NCBI GenBank assembly: GCA_013792005.1
Contig: VMSU01000028.1
Location: 104 to 64,103, forward strand
Reading direction: 5' to 3'
From: Desulfobulbaceae bacterium
Lineage (GTDB): Bacteria; Desulfobacterota; Desulfobulbia; Desulfobulbales; VMSU01
Length of the DNA: 64,000 nucleotides
Shown: in pieces, positions 19,201-26,937 of the stretch
Position numbering within the stretch: position 1 is the first letter of the stretch
How the letters are laid out: each line of letters starts with the position of its first letter
Translations under genes and position numbers: made by a program
Notes under the pieces: model-generated
What the model was told of the DNA's origin: nothing
What the model saw: the letters and a program-made list of their open reading frames with translations, nothing else
Databases searched by the model: none

Positions 19201-19907
19201 CCCGCGCCCAACGGCACGGTCTTGGCGAGAAGGCAGCAGGGATTAATCTGGAGGTCTTGCAAATCACTATTGCAAAGGCAGGGGAGTCACTGTCTCAGCT
19301 GCAGCAGGAGCTAGGTGCCTTGAGTGAGACTATTCGCCGTCAGGATAAACTTATGGCTGAACACCGTGAACGTTCAGCCCTGATTGATAATCAGCGCCGG
19401 GAACAGCGGCACTGGCAGCTGTTAAGTGATATGATCGGTTCTGCAGATGGCAAAAAATTCAGGCGCTTTGCCCAGGGGTTGACACTTGATCATCTGATTC
19501 ATCTTGCCAACCGTCAGTTGGTTCGGCTCAGCGACCGTTATCTGCTGCGTCGTCATCAAGATGAAGAGCTTGGCCTGGAAATTATCGATACTTACCAGGC
19601 CGATGCCATTCGCCCAACCGGCACCTTGTCCGGTGGCGAGGAATTTTTGGTCAGTCTGGCCTTGGCTCTTGGCTTGGCCAGGCTTTCGGGACAGAGCCGA
19701 ATCGATTCTTTGTTCCTTGATGAAGGGTTTGGCACTCTCGATACCGAGACCCTTGAAACAGCCCTGTCCGCTCTGTCTGCCCTGCACGAGACCGGCAAGA
19801 CCATCGGGGTCATCTCTCATGTTGATGCCTTGAAGGAGCGGATTCCGGTGCAGATCAGGCTGAGGAGGCTGGCAGGCGGCTATAGTAATCTCAGTGTTGT
19901 CGGTTGA
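16269..19907 (+). CDS. sbcC: Exonuclease SbcCD, ATPase subunit SbcC
   Basis: Walker A 'GPTGAGKTTILDAI', long coiled coil with zinc hook 'CPLCG', signature 'LSGGEEFLVSLALALG', Walker B 'LFLDEGFGTLD'. Start overlaps the sbcD stop. Confidence 0.9.
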   Translation: MKINALTLKNLNSLRGEFRLDFDAQPLADAGIFAITGPTGAGKTTILDAICVALYGQTPRLPPGSSAELLTRNTGECFAEVEFTVEQGRYRSRWSRRKARGRAEGNLQPTAMELVEISPEGEERIVEEQVRQVVERVESLTGLDFSRFTRSVLLAQGSFASFLKAKDNERAELLERMTGTRLYSLISVQAFSRAREERQRLDEMIAVNAHLNVMPSEQLVELRERKVTIETEIITATSAIAEQRDQAATAIRYQDLMAAINEAEQSLVVVNAEQTEATASLDRLAQAELALPLFSDVRALDALAERLDRLRAESLKLSGQSEALHKSEEEARQGRLVLDQEVERFTQTATVREEAIRTAEMMDEQIRIHGVTRISKQQAVAVADATMSTLQADAKKHRDALAESLIRLQTINAILSGSAADAGLAHDIGIIAATLRELSGGRQRYAANRREQERLSAGIARQQKEIDGLRVRQAAAGLEITAIRNRLVQCEDRLAETLHGGSWEDLESALSANRQRLSGLESVLVLEAEYQKLVAERRVKEERKKGIIEGLGSDGIRRQQLVMDQSQAEQILLLMEEKQRLAAQVAKYEADRRCLADGHPCPLCGAVSHPWQEGAPAMDENRVAVTAQRKKVAALLANLATLDGRMQELSELAKTLEHEIAALIVSHDQLRARLVRERAEVDLTAAHLTAEIKTDVVKAIALQQQRLLEARTIQAERDGLIQQLLVGEKAESAVVGELEKLLALIQDQGTAVQRFQEEDQELCARGKALGLELEGRLAIYGITLPAPGQEEATAELLHQRWQRFDQARQDRSVIESQALEVKQILSVLATQEEGLRARREQDLAAVTEVTTTIEALTVQRVAVLGSETVAAARRQLTEAWSAYAARIKESDRIISELTTHAAAALGAFTENIQQMERMAEESQRFGQALDQRLHTSGFADLTTLRQALLPEAELQSLRGVRDGFVLRRQRLDDRLREARAQRHGLGEKAAGINLEVLQITIAKAGESLSQLQQELGALSETIRRQDKLMAEHRERSALIDNQRREQRHWQLLSDMIGSADGKKFRRFAQGLTLDHLIHLANRQLVRLSDRYLLRRHQDEELGLEIIDTYQADAIRPTGTLSGGEEFLVSLALALGLARLSGQSRIDSLFLDEGFGTLDTETLETALSALSALHETGKTIGVISHVDALKERIPVQIRLRRLAGGYSNLSVVG

Positions 19908-20120
19908 TTTTTTCTTTCTGGGGGATTATCTCTGCCGATTTAAAGGCGGTTCATGGTGGTAGTTGTACAATCTTTTGCCAGTCTATGGTTTATTGACGAG
20001 ATTATCAGGCCCTTGGTTTGAGTCCCTGCAAGAAAAATCCTCGGACATGTTCCGCCACCTTACGTGCCTGCAGAAGAGGTATTATCTTGTGCCATGACTC
20101 ATGTTCGGAGATCTAAAACA

Positions 20121-20561
20121 ATGAATCGCTTTTTAGACGAAAAAATCATTTCCAACTGGAATCTTCTTTTTCTTTGTTGGCTCATTGCCGCGGCCTCGAT
20201 AGCAGGCAGTCTGTTTTTTAGTGAGGTCATGGAGTTTGCGCCGTGCAGTTTGTGCTGGTACCAAAGAATTTGCCTTTTCCCCCTGCTGTTTATTTTTTTG
20301 ACAGGGCTTTTCCCCTTTGATAGCAATGTGGTCAAGTACGCTCTGCCGTTGACTAGCACAGGGTGTTTGATTGCGTTGTACCAAAATCTTCTCTATTATA
20401 AAATCATCCCGGAAAGCCTCAAGCCGTGCACTCAAGGAGTTTCCTGCTCAGAGGGCTACATCGACCTGTTTGGTTTTCTGACAATCCCAATGCTTGCGCT
20501 TATCGGGTTTTCAATTCTAACAGCGTTGCTCTTGATCCTAAAAAGGAGAATCTCTTTATGA
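20121..20561 (+). CDS. Disulfide bond formation protein, DsbB/BdbC family
   Basis: Four hydrophobic helices, 'CSLCWYQRICLFP' CxxC in the first loop, second Cys pair 'KPCTQGVSC'. Confidence 0.8.
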   Translation: MNRFLDEKIISNWNLLFLCWLIAAASIAGSLFFSEVMEFAPCSLCWYQRICLFPLLFIFLTGLFPFDSNVVKYALPLTSTGCLIALYQNLLYYKIIPESLKPCTQGVSCSEGYIDLFGFLTIPMLALIGFSILTALLLILKRRISL

Positions 20562-21208
20562 AAAAACACGTGTTGATCGTCTGTTCAAGCGCCGTCCTCG
20601 TTCTTTTGTTTGCCTTTGGTTCGTATTTTTATACCATCCAACAGGAGAAAAAATTTGGTTTTCTGGCCCAGGAGAACGCCGCACTCTTTGTCAGGGAACA
20701 TGCTCAAACTCTGGGTGACGAAGAGGCAACGGTCTATCTGGTGGAGTTTTTCGACCCCGCCTGTGAAACCTGCAACGCTTTTTATCCGATTGTCAAAAAT
20801 CTGATGGCAGCCTATCCTGGCAAGATTAAACTTGTTATGCGATATGCCCCTTTTCATGATGGCGCCGACTATTTTGTCAAGATACTTGAAGCGGCGAGAA
20901 GACAGGGGAAGTATTGGGAAACGCTGGAAGCCATGTATCAATCGCAGCATTATTGGGCAAGCCATCATAACCCCCAACCGCATTTGGTGTGGCAGTTCCT
21001 CGGCAATATTGGCCTTGATCTCGAAAAGATTAAAACGGAGATGAACGATCCCGCCATCGTGCGGATGATTGAGCAGGATCTCGCAGATGCAAAAACGCTT
21101 AATGTTCGCAAAACCCCTGGATTTTTTGTCAACGGGAAACCGTTGACCAGTTTTGGAGAGCAGCAACTGAGGGACTTGGTTGCTGCTGAAATGCAGACCA
21201 ATAAATGA
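20558..21208 (+). CDS. DsbA/BdbD-like thiol:disulfide oxidoreductase (membrane-anchored thioredoxin fold)
   Basis: ATG 20558 overlaps the dsbB-like stop (ATGA). N-terminal anchor 'VLIVCSSAVLVLLFAF'. Active site 'FFDPACETCNAF'. Confidence 0.8.
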   Translation: MKKHVLIVCSSAVLVLLFAFGSYFYTIQQEKKFGFLAQENAALFVREHAQTLGDEEATVYLVEFFDPACETCNAFYPIVKNLMAAYPGKIKLVMRYAPFHDGADYFVKILEAARRQGKYWETLEAMYQSQHYWASHHNPQPHLVWQFLGNIGLDLEKIKTEMNDPAIVRMIEQDLADAKTLNVRKTPGFFVNGKPLTSFGEQQLRDLVAAEMQTNK

Positions 21209-21258
21209 ACAAAAACACCCTTCATCCCGGCTTATTTTTTTAAGGAAATAACGATATC

Positions 21259-21768
21259 ATGAAAAAAATTGCGATCACCCTCATGGCCTTGTGCTGTACT
21301 ATGATGCTTATTTCTGCCTGCGGGCAACGGCCAAAGCTGGCTGAAGTAGGCAAACTGGCCCCGGATTTTACCTTGGTGGATCGACAGGGCAAGACCTGGA
21401 ACCTGGATGATCTCAAGGGCCAGGTGGTCTTCGTGAATTTCTGGGCCACCTGGTGCCCTCCGTGCCGAGAGGAGATTCCATCCATGCAGACTCTATACAC
21501 CTCTATGCCTGCCGATAAGTTTACGATGCTATCCATCCTTTATAAGGATAACCCTGTCGTTGCGGATGAATTGGCCACCAAGTTTGGTATGACCTTTCCA
21601 GTCCTGGTTGATCCGGACAACAAGGCTGGACTGGCATACGGACTGACCGGGGTGCCTGAAACCTATATCATTGATAAAAAAGGTGTGTTGCGAGAGAAAT
21701 TCCTTGGTCCGGTGCAGTGGGATTCCACCGGTGTTAAACAGATGCTGATGAAATATGTCAATCAGTGA
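21259..21768 (+). CDS. TlpA/ResA-like periplasmic thiol-disulfide oxidoreductase lipoprotein
   Basis: Lipobox 'LISAC'. 'VNFWATWCPPCREEIP' thioredoxin motif. Confidence 0.85.
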   Translation: MKKIAITLMALCCTMMLISACGQRPKLAEVGKLAPDFTLVDRQGKTWNLDDLKGQVVFVNFWATWCPPCREEIPSMQTLYTSMPADKFTMLSILYKDNPVVADELATKFGMTFPVLVDPDNKAGLAYGLTGVPETYIIDKKGVLREKFLGPVQWDSTGVKQMLMKYVNQ

Positions 21769-22103
21769 CTGTAGAGTGATGGATGACCCGGAATGGCCTG
21801 ATGATGTATCTCCTGGGAATTTTTGATGTTGTCCTCCGCCCGGAGATATTTCCCCTCTGATAGGTAGGTTGCCGCAGCGACACTAGCGCGTTTTCTTGTC
21901 GTCCGGTATTCCAGAAATGCCGGTCTCGATCACTTGTGCCCCTTTTGGGTCCCCTGGCATAGCGGGATCAGTAAAACCCCATAAAACCCTTACAACCGCG
22001 TATAGTCACCACTTTATTTTCTTCTTGACCGGAAACGACAACCTGGTATGTTAGAAAAAAATTGAATACTAATTTGCCTGGAAAGGATAGAGCAGGGCAG
22101 AGA

Positions 22104-22445
22104 ATGCACAACAGTACAGTGGCGTCGCTCGCTAAGATTATGAAATCGATTGGTCATCCGATCCGGTTGAAGATCCTCTGTCTCCTGGTCGATGGCGGTC
22201 AGACGGTTGGTGAGATCCATGATCAGTTGACCACCTCGTTTGCCAATGTCTCCCAGCACCTTCAGCGGCTGCACCATCAAGGACTAGTGGTCACCGATAA
22301 GCAGGCAAATTTTGTCCGTTACTCTATCGCCTCACCCAAGGTCACAGAGATGATCGGTACTTTGCGACGCCTCTATTGTCGTTCTTTAATAGACAACGAA
22401 ACAGTTAAATCTCAAAAATCCAACCCAATGAGGAATAAGTCATGA
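22104..22445 (+). CDS. ArsR/SmtB-family transcriptional regulator
   Basis: 'IGHPIRLKILCLLVDGGQTVGEIHDQL..NVSQHLQRLHHQGLV' winged-HTH. ATG at 22104 preferred to the upstream TTG. Confidence 0.8.
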   Translation: MHNSTVASLAKIMKSIGHPIRLKILCLLVDGGQTVGEIHDQLTTSFANVSQHLQRLHHQGLVVTDKQANFVRYSIASPKVTEMIGTLRRLYCRSLIDNETVKSQKSNPMRNKS

Positions 22446-22657
22446 TTGTCACCGATTGGATTCACACTATTGCAGGAACCTTCATTCTCCTCAGTCTGGC
22501 CTTAGGCGTTCAGGCCAGTCCTCTCTTCCATAGCACCTATTGGTTATGGGTCACAGCCTTTGTCGGCGCTAATCTCTTTCAGTTCGGGCTGAGCAAGTTC
22601 TGTCCCATGGCCCTTATCCTTAAGGCCTTGGGAGTGCCGGAGAAACGGACGAAATAA
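22442..22657 (+). CDS. DUF2892 (YgaP C-terminal-like) small membrane protein
   Basis: 71 aa, two helices, 'ANLFQFGLSKFCPMALILKALG'. ATGA overlap with the ArsR gene. Confidence 0.7.
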   Translation: MIVTDWIHTIAGTFILLSLALGVQASPLFHSTYWLWVTAFVGANLFQFGLSKFCPMALILKALGVPEKRTK

Positions 22658-22818
22658 GTTGCGTTCACCCTGCTCCTCAAGCAGAGCCGAAAGGTACAGG
22701 ATGAGCAATTTTGACTCCTTAGGGACTGTTTATGCCAGCCTTTTTCCGACCATATCCAGAGATCGATCAATGGTCTCCTGGGTATGGTCGATCAAATTTT
22801 TATCCATGATTTTCACTG

Positions 22819-24561
22819 TTAGAGTTCTTTTCCCATTCCCATCTGAATGTAGCCGCATGGGCAGGCCTGAGAACAAATATGACACCCGACACATTGGTTG
22901 TAGTTGGTATACATCACTTCACCCGTTGGATTTTGCGGGAATGCTAAGATTGCCGATTGAGGACAGAATATCAAACATTGTCGGCACTCAAAACAGAGTC
23001 CGCAACTCATGCATCGTATGGATTCAGCCTGAAACTGTTCTTCGGTTATACCTAATTCTGCCTCCGACTCAAGCCCACTTGAACACCGCTGACCAACTGG
23101 TAACCAGTTACATTCGTTGCGTTTGAGTTCGGGATAATATTCCAAGCGCAGTGTATCAGGGGTTGCGATTTGTCTATCCGCGAAAAATCGGAACCCCTTA
23201 CCTTTGAATTTGGCATCAATCCGCTCAGCAGCCATTCTGCCATGGCCAATGGCTGTGGTCACCAGTTCCAGGCTGATGACGTCACCACCAGCGTACACCC
23301 CTGCGCCGACAGACCAGTCTTCATCAGGCATAAGCCAACCATTCTTGACAGGATCAAGCTGAATGCCACTCCAATCTGGACGTTGGCTGATGGCGTAGAT
23401 GACAGCTGTGCATGGCACTTCGAACTCAGACTTTGCCACTGGAATGACCATCCGCCGTCCACTGTTATCCAGTTCATCAAGCTTCATCCTTTGACACTTG
23501 ACGGCAACACCTTTGCCGTTCTCAGATCGAATTCCGAGAGGAGCGACCAGATACCGGATATCAATTTCTTCTATCAACGCAGCATCGATTTCCTTGTCAA
23601 GGGTGGGCATTTCAGCACGTGTTCTCCGGTACAGTAATGTCACTTGAGCTTCTAGTCGTCGTGCAACACGTGCGGCAGTAATGGCGGTATTCCCACCGCC
23701 AATGATCACTACTCTGTCGCCTATATCAATGGTCTTGCCAGAGTTGACCTGATTCAAGAACGCTACCCCGCTCAAGACATTGGGGGCGTTGTCCCAATTG
23801 CCTTCCAGCTCAACCCCCTTATGGGCTCCGATGCCGACAAAAATAGCGTCGTAATTTGCCCTAAGCCTTTCCCACTCAATATCTTTGCCAATGGTGGTGT
23901 TACAGACAATCTCAACACCCATTCTGGTAATGGCGTCAATTTCTGCGTCCAAAATGGCAGGCGGCAGTCGAAAGGCGGGGATTCCATAGCGAAGCATGCC
24001 GCCAGGCTGGGCAAAGGCTTCAAACACCGTTACCGGATAACCGCGTCGGGCCAGCTGAAAGGCGCAACTAAGTCCAGCCGGCCCGGCCCCGATTACCGCT
24101 ATCTTTTTATCCATGACCTCAGGACTTAGTTTTTTATGCTGCAAGCCATGGTTAATGCCGAAGTCGCCAAGCCACCGCTCAAAGGCGGCGATATTGACTG
24201 CGCCATCGTTTTTTTGGGTGCGATTGCATTGGCTTTCACAAGGATATGGACAAACCCGGCCGCAGGAAGCCGGAAATGGCGTGGTTTTACTGGCCTCGTG
24301 CCATGCTAATTCATATGATTCCCGCCAACTGCGATTTTTGAGCTGTGATTGTTGGACAATGGTCAGCCAGGATCGAATGTCATTGCCAGCAGGACAGCTA
24401 GCAGTACAGGGTGGAATTTTCCGCACATAGATTGGGCATTTGTGGCTATGGTCGCCAAAGGCAACAACTTTTTCTGTCCCGTGTTCTTCTGCAAATTCGG
24501 GATAGTGCCAATTGAGGGCGGAATCAAGAATAGGGTTGGAGTCAATAGGTTTGTTTGCCAT
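22819..24561 (-). CDS. GltD/NfnB-like NAD(P)H:acceptor oxidoreductase with C-terminal 2x[4Fe-4S] ferredoxin domain (DsrL-like)
   Basis: N-terminal Cys clusters 'CTASCPAGNDI' and 'SCGRVCPYPCESQC'. FAD and NAD Rossmann motifs 'IAVIGAGPAGLSCA' and 'VVIIGGGNTAITAA'. C-terminal 'CMSCGLCFECRQCLIFCP' and 'CVGCHICSQACPCG'. Starts 14 nt after the dsrB-like stop. Confidence 0.65.
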   Translation of the reverse strand: MANKPIDSNPILDSALNWHYPEFAEEHGTEKVVAFGDHSHKCPIYVRKIPPCTASCPAGNDIRSWLTIVQQSQLKNRSWRESYELAWHEASKTTPFPASCGRVCPYPCESQCNRTQKNDGAVNIAAFERWLGDFGINHGLQHKKLSPEVMDKKIAVIGAGPAGLSCAFQLARRGYPVTVFEAFAQPGGMLRYGIPAFRLPPAILDAEIDAITRMGVEIVCNTTIGKDIEWERLRANYDAIFVGIGAHKGVELEGNWDNAPNVLSGVAFLNQVNSGKTIDIGDRVVIIGGGNTAITAARVARRLEAQVTLLYRRTRAEMPTLDKEIDAALIEEIDIRYLVAPLGIRSENGKGVAVKCQRMKLDELDNSGRRMVIPVAKSEFEVPCTAVIYAISQRPDWSGIQLDPVKNGWLMPDEDWSVGAGVYAGGDVISLELVTTAIGHGRMAAERIDAKFKGKGFRFFADRQIATPDTLRLEYYPELKRNECNWLPVGQRCSSGLESEAELGITEEQFQAESIRCMSCGLCFECRQCLIFCPQSAILAFPQNPTGEVMYTNYNQCVGCHICSQACPCGYIQMGMGKEL

Positions 24562-24575
24562 CGGTGTGTCCGTCC

Positions 24576-25652
24576 TTAAAACCTGACGTGCGCTGATTGG
24601 TTAAAGGTGGTTCTGGCGTGTCGGTACGAATCAATCATGTCTTTTTCAAAGATCAGGCCAGTGGTGGCAAAGAAGTGCTTCCAGCCTACCCGGTCGATCC
24701 ATTCTCCCAATCGCTCCCAAGGCCTCCCTTCCTGTTTATAGACCTCAATGATTTTACTGACCACGGCATTGACCTCTGGCCAGCGAGGTGGATTGTTGGG
24801 AAGATTCTGAGCGACCAGGCAGCCCACGGCCGGCTTCGATCGGGCATTAGAGTTCTTGCCACCAACCCAGACCCCGAATTTTGAATGCTCGGGATGGTTG
24901 ATCTCCATGACCGGGCAGGCACCGAAACAAGCCCCGCAGTACATGCATTTTTTATGGTCAACCCTCAGCGATGGCTTGCCATTGACTACCGTTGGTCGAA
25001 TTGCGGCCACTGGGCAGCGGGCAACCACCTTGGGCAATTCACAGATGTTCGCCATCACCTCATGGTTAATGCGAGGGGGACGGGTATGTTTGACCACAAT
25101 GGCAATATCTGCCTGACCGCCACAGTTGATGGCACAGCAGGAGGTAGAAATTCTCACCTTGCTTGGCAGTTGACAGTTTGTGAACTCTTCATACAGGTTA
25201 TCCATGATGGATTTGACCACACCAGAGGCATCTGTGGCAGGGATGTCGCAGTGAAGCCAGCCTTGGGTATGGGACACATTAGAGACACAGGGGCCGATTC
25301 CTCCCACCGGCAAACCGATCGACTCCAAGGATTTGATTAGCAACTCCACCTTTTCCTCGTCCGCAGTCATCAGTTCCACATTGTTGCGCACAGTAAAACG
25401 TAGGTAGCCATCGGCGTAGGTGTCGGCGATATCACAAATTCGTCGAATCAAATCCACCGAATCCTGGCGGGGTGTGCCAGCCCTTACCGTAAACAGGACA
25501 TCTCCATTTTCGGCAACATGTTTAAGCACACCTGGTCGGAGCAGTTGATGATATTTCCATTTACCGTAATTTTTTATGACTACCGGATGGAGTGCACCCT
25601 GGTAGTCATAAGGTCCTGATTCAACCGTTTTCCAGGTTCGTTCGCTACTCAT
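24576..25652 (-). CDS. dsrB: Dissimilatory-type sulfite reductase beta subunit (divergent DsrB family)
   Basis: 'VIKNYGKWKYHQLLRPGVLKHV' DsrB N-terminus. Ferredoxin insert 'CPVAAIR..CMYCGACFGACP'. 'STSCCAINCGG'. ATG at 25652 with a GGAG RBS, 22 nt after the dsrA stop. Confidence 0.75.
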   Translation of the reverse strand: MSSERTWKTVESGPYDYQGALHPVVIKNYGKWKYHQLLRPGVLKHVAENGDVLFTVRAGTPRQDSVDLIRRICDIADTYADGYLRFTVRNNVELMTADEEKVELLIKSLESIGLPVGGIGPCVSNVSHTQGWLHCDIPATDASGVVKSIMDNLYEEFTNCQLPSKVRISTSCCAINCGGQADIAIVVKHTRPPRINHEVMANICELPKVVARCPVAAIRPTVVNGKPSLRVDHKKCMYCGACFGACPVMEINHPEHSKFGVWVGGKNSNARSKPAVGCLVAQNLPNNPPRWPEVNAVVSKIIEVYKQEGRPWERLGEWIDRVGWKHFFATTGLIFEKDMIDSYRHARTTFNQSAHVRF

Positions 25653-25674
25653 GGTGTGCTCCATTTCGCAAAAA

Positions 25675-26913
25675 TTAGTACGCGGATTTATAATATGGGT
25701 TGCTCCGAGGACTCGATACCATATCGATGGACGCCTCCAGGCCAACTCCATCCAGGAACTGTTTTAAACTGACTCGTTCAATAGTCTCGCCAATTCTCTC
25801 GTGGTCGAAGCCGTTATCATTCCACCACTCAATAATGGTTTCGCATAAGCAGATAAACGTCGCGATATCCTCATCGCTTTCCATTTTGAAGAAGGGAACG
25901 ATCATGGTTCCGCCCATGGCGCCAACCTTCAAGGTATTTTTTCCGCCAAGCAGGATGGCCAGACCTCTTTCCCTGCCTGGTGACAAGGCCTCCGTCATTA
26001 CGTTGATGCAGTGCATGCAGCGGACGCAGTTTGCATTGTCGATGGCCATTGTTCCATCGGCCAGGGAAAGGGCGCGTGTTGGACAACGACTGATCACGTT
26101 GTTTACCAGGAACTCGAGACCATTCTTTTGAATCCAAGCCTGCATGGCTTCCGTATCTACGAGGATGGCATCCCGCCACATCCCGATTACAGCCAGATCG
26201 GAGCGAAAGATTGAATTGCTGCAGTCATTGGGGCAGCCAGAAAATTTAAACTTGAACTTATAGTTATACTGGGGACGGTGGATATCCCCGGCAAAGTGTT
26301 TCATGACCTTGTAGTGCAGTAGCAAGGTGTCATAACAGGCATGTTCGCAGCGGGCAGGTCCCACACAGGAAATGCTTGTTCGCATGGCGGGACCTGCTCC
26401 CCCCAGATCCCAACCCGCTTGATTGATCTCATCAAAGCACTCTTGCACCTTGGCTTCCTCAATGCCCTGCAGCATGATATCACCTGTCTGGCCATGCAGG
26501 GCAATCAAGCCGGAACCATGTTTTTCCCAAGTGTCGCAAAGATCGCGTAACATCGTGGTGTTGTAGTGTAAGCCCGGTGCGGGCTGAACCCGGAGTGTAT
26601 GAAATTCATGGGCCTCCGGGAATTTGTCCGCAATCTTGGAGCGACGGCTGATTACTCCGCTCCCGTAGCCATATACCGTGACCAGACCGCCTTCCCAATA
26701 ACCGGTCTTAGTCAGGTAGGAATACTCCAATTGATCGAGAACTCCCCTGAGCATGGGTTTTTTGGTTCGTTCCGCCAATTCTTTAAGCCCACTGACAAAG
26801 CTGGGCCATGGGCCTTCTTCCAATGCATCCAGCAGGGGAGTTGGATGTAGGAAATTCCCTTCTATAACAGATGATTCGATGGGAAAGTCAGTATCTTTTT
26901 TTTCCTGATCCAT
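25675..26913 (-). CDS. dsrA: Dissimilatory-type sulfite reductase alpha subunit (divergent DsrA family)
   Basis: 'TPLLDALEEGPWPSFVSGLKE', 'VYGYGSGVISR', sirohaem/[4Fe-4S] motifs 'CVGPARCEHAC' and 'KFKFSGCPNDC', ferredoxin insert 'CPTRAL..CVRCMHCINVM'. Confidence 0.8.
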   Translation of the reverse strand: MDQEKKDTDFPIESSVIEGNFLHPTPLLDALEEGPWPSFVSGLKELAERTKKPMLRGVLDQLEYSYLTKTGYWEGGLVTVYGYGSGVISRRSKIADKFPEAHEFHTLRVQPAPGLHYNTTMLRDLCDTWEKHGSGLIALHGQTGDIMLQGIEEAKVQECFDEINQAGWDLGGAGPAMRTSISCVGPARCEHACYDTLLLHYKVMKHFAGDIHRPQYNYKFKFKFSGCPNDCSNSIFRSDLAVIGMWRDAILVDTEAMQAWIQKNGLEFLVNNVISRCPTRALSLADGTMAIDNANCVRCMHCINVMTEALSPGRERGLAILLGGKNTLKVGAMGGTMIVPFFKMESDEDIATFICLCETIIEWWNDNGFDHERIGETIERVSLKQFLDGVGLEASIDMVSSPRSNPYYKSAY

Positions 26914-26937
26914 GGCGTGACTCCTGTGTTGTTTCGA

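Noticed and set aside
15014-19907. SbcD/SbcC as a possible novel defence or SMC-like system
   Set aside because: All canonical SbcCD motifs, the zinc hook and the usual two-gene overlap are present. It reads as ordinary housekeeping repair nuclease.
22659-23126. 155-aa plus-strand ORF, plus other plus-strand ORFs across 23.1-26.9 kb
   Set aside because: They overlap the DsrL-like and DsrAB genes on the opposite strand, and those genes carry dense cofactor motifs.
25653-25751. N-terminal extension of the dsrB-like ORF
   Set aside because: It would overlap the dsrA 3' end by 77 nt. The ATG at 25652 has a GGAG RBS and begins where DsrB homology starts.
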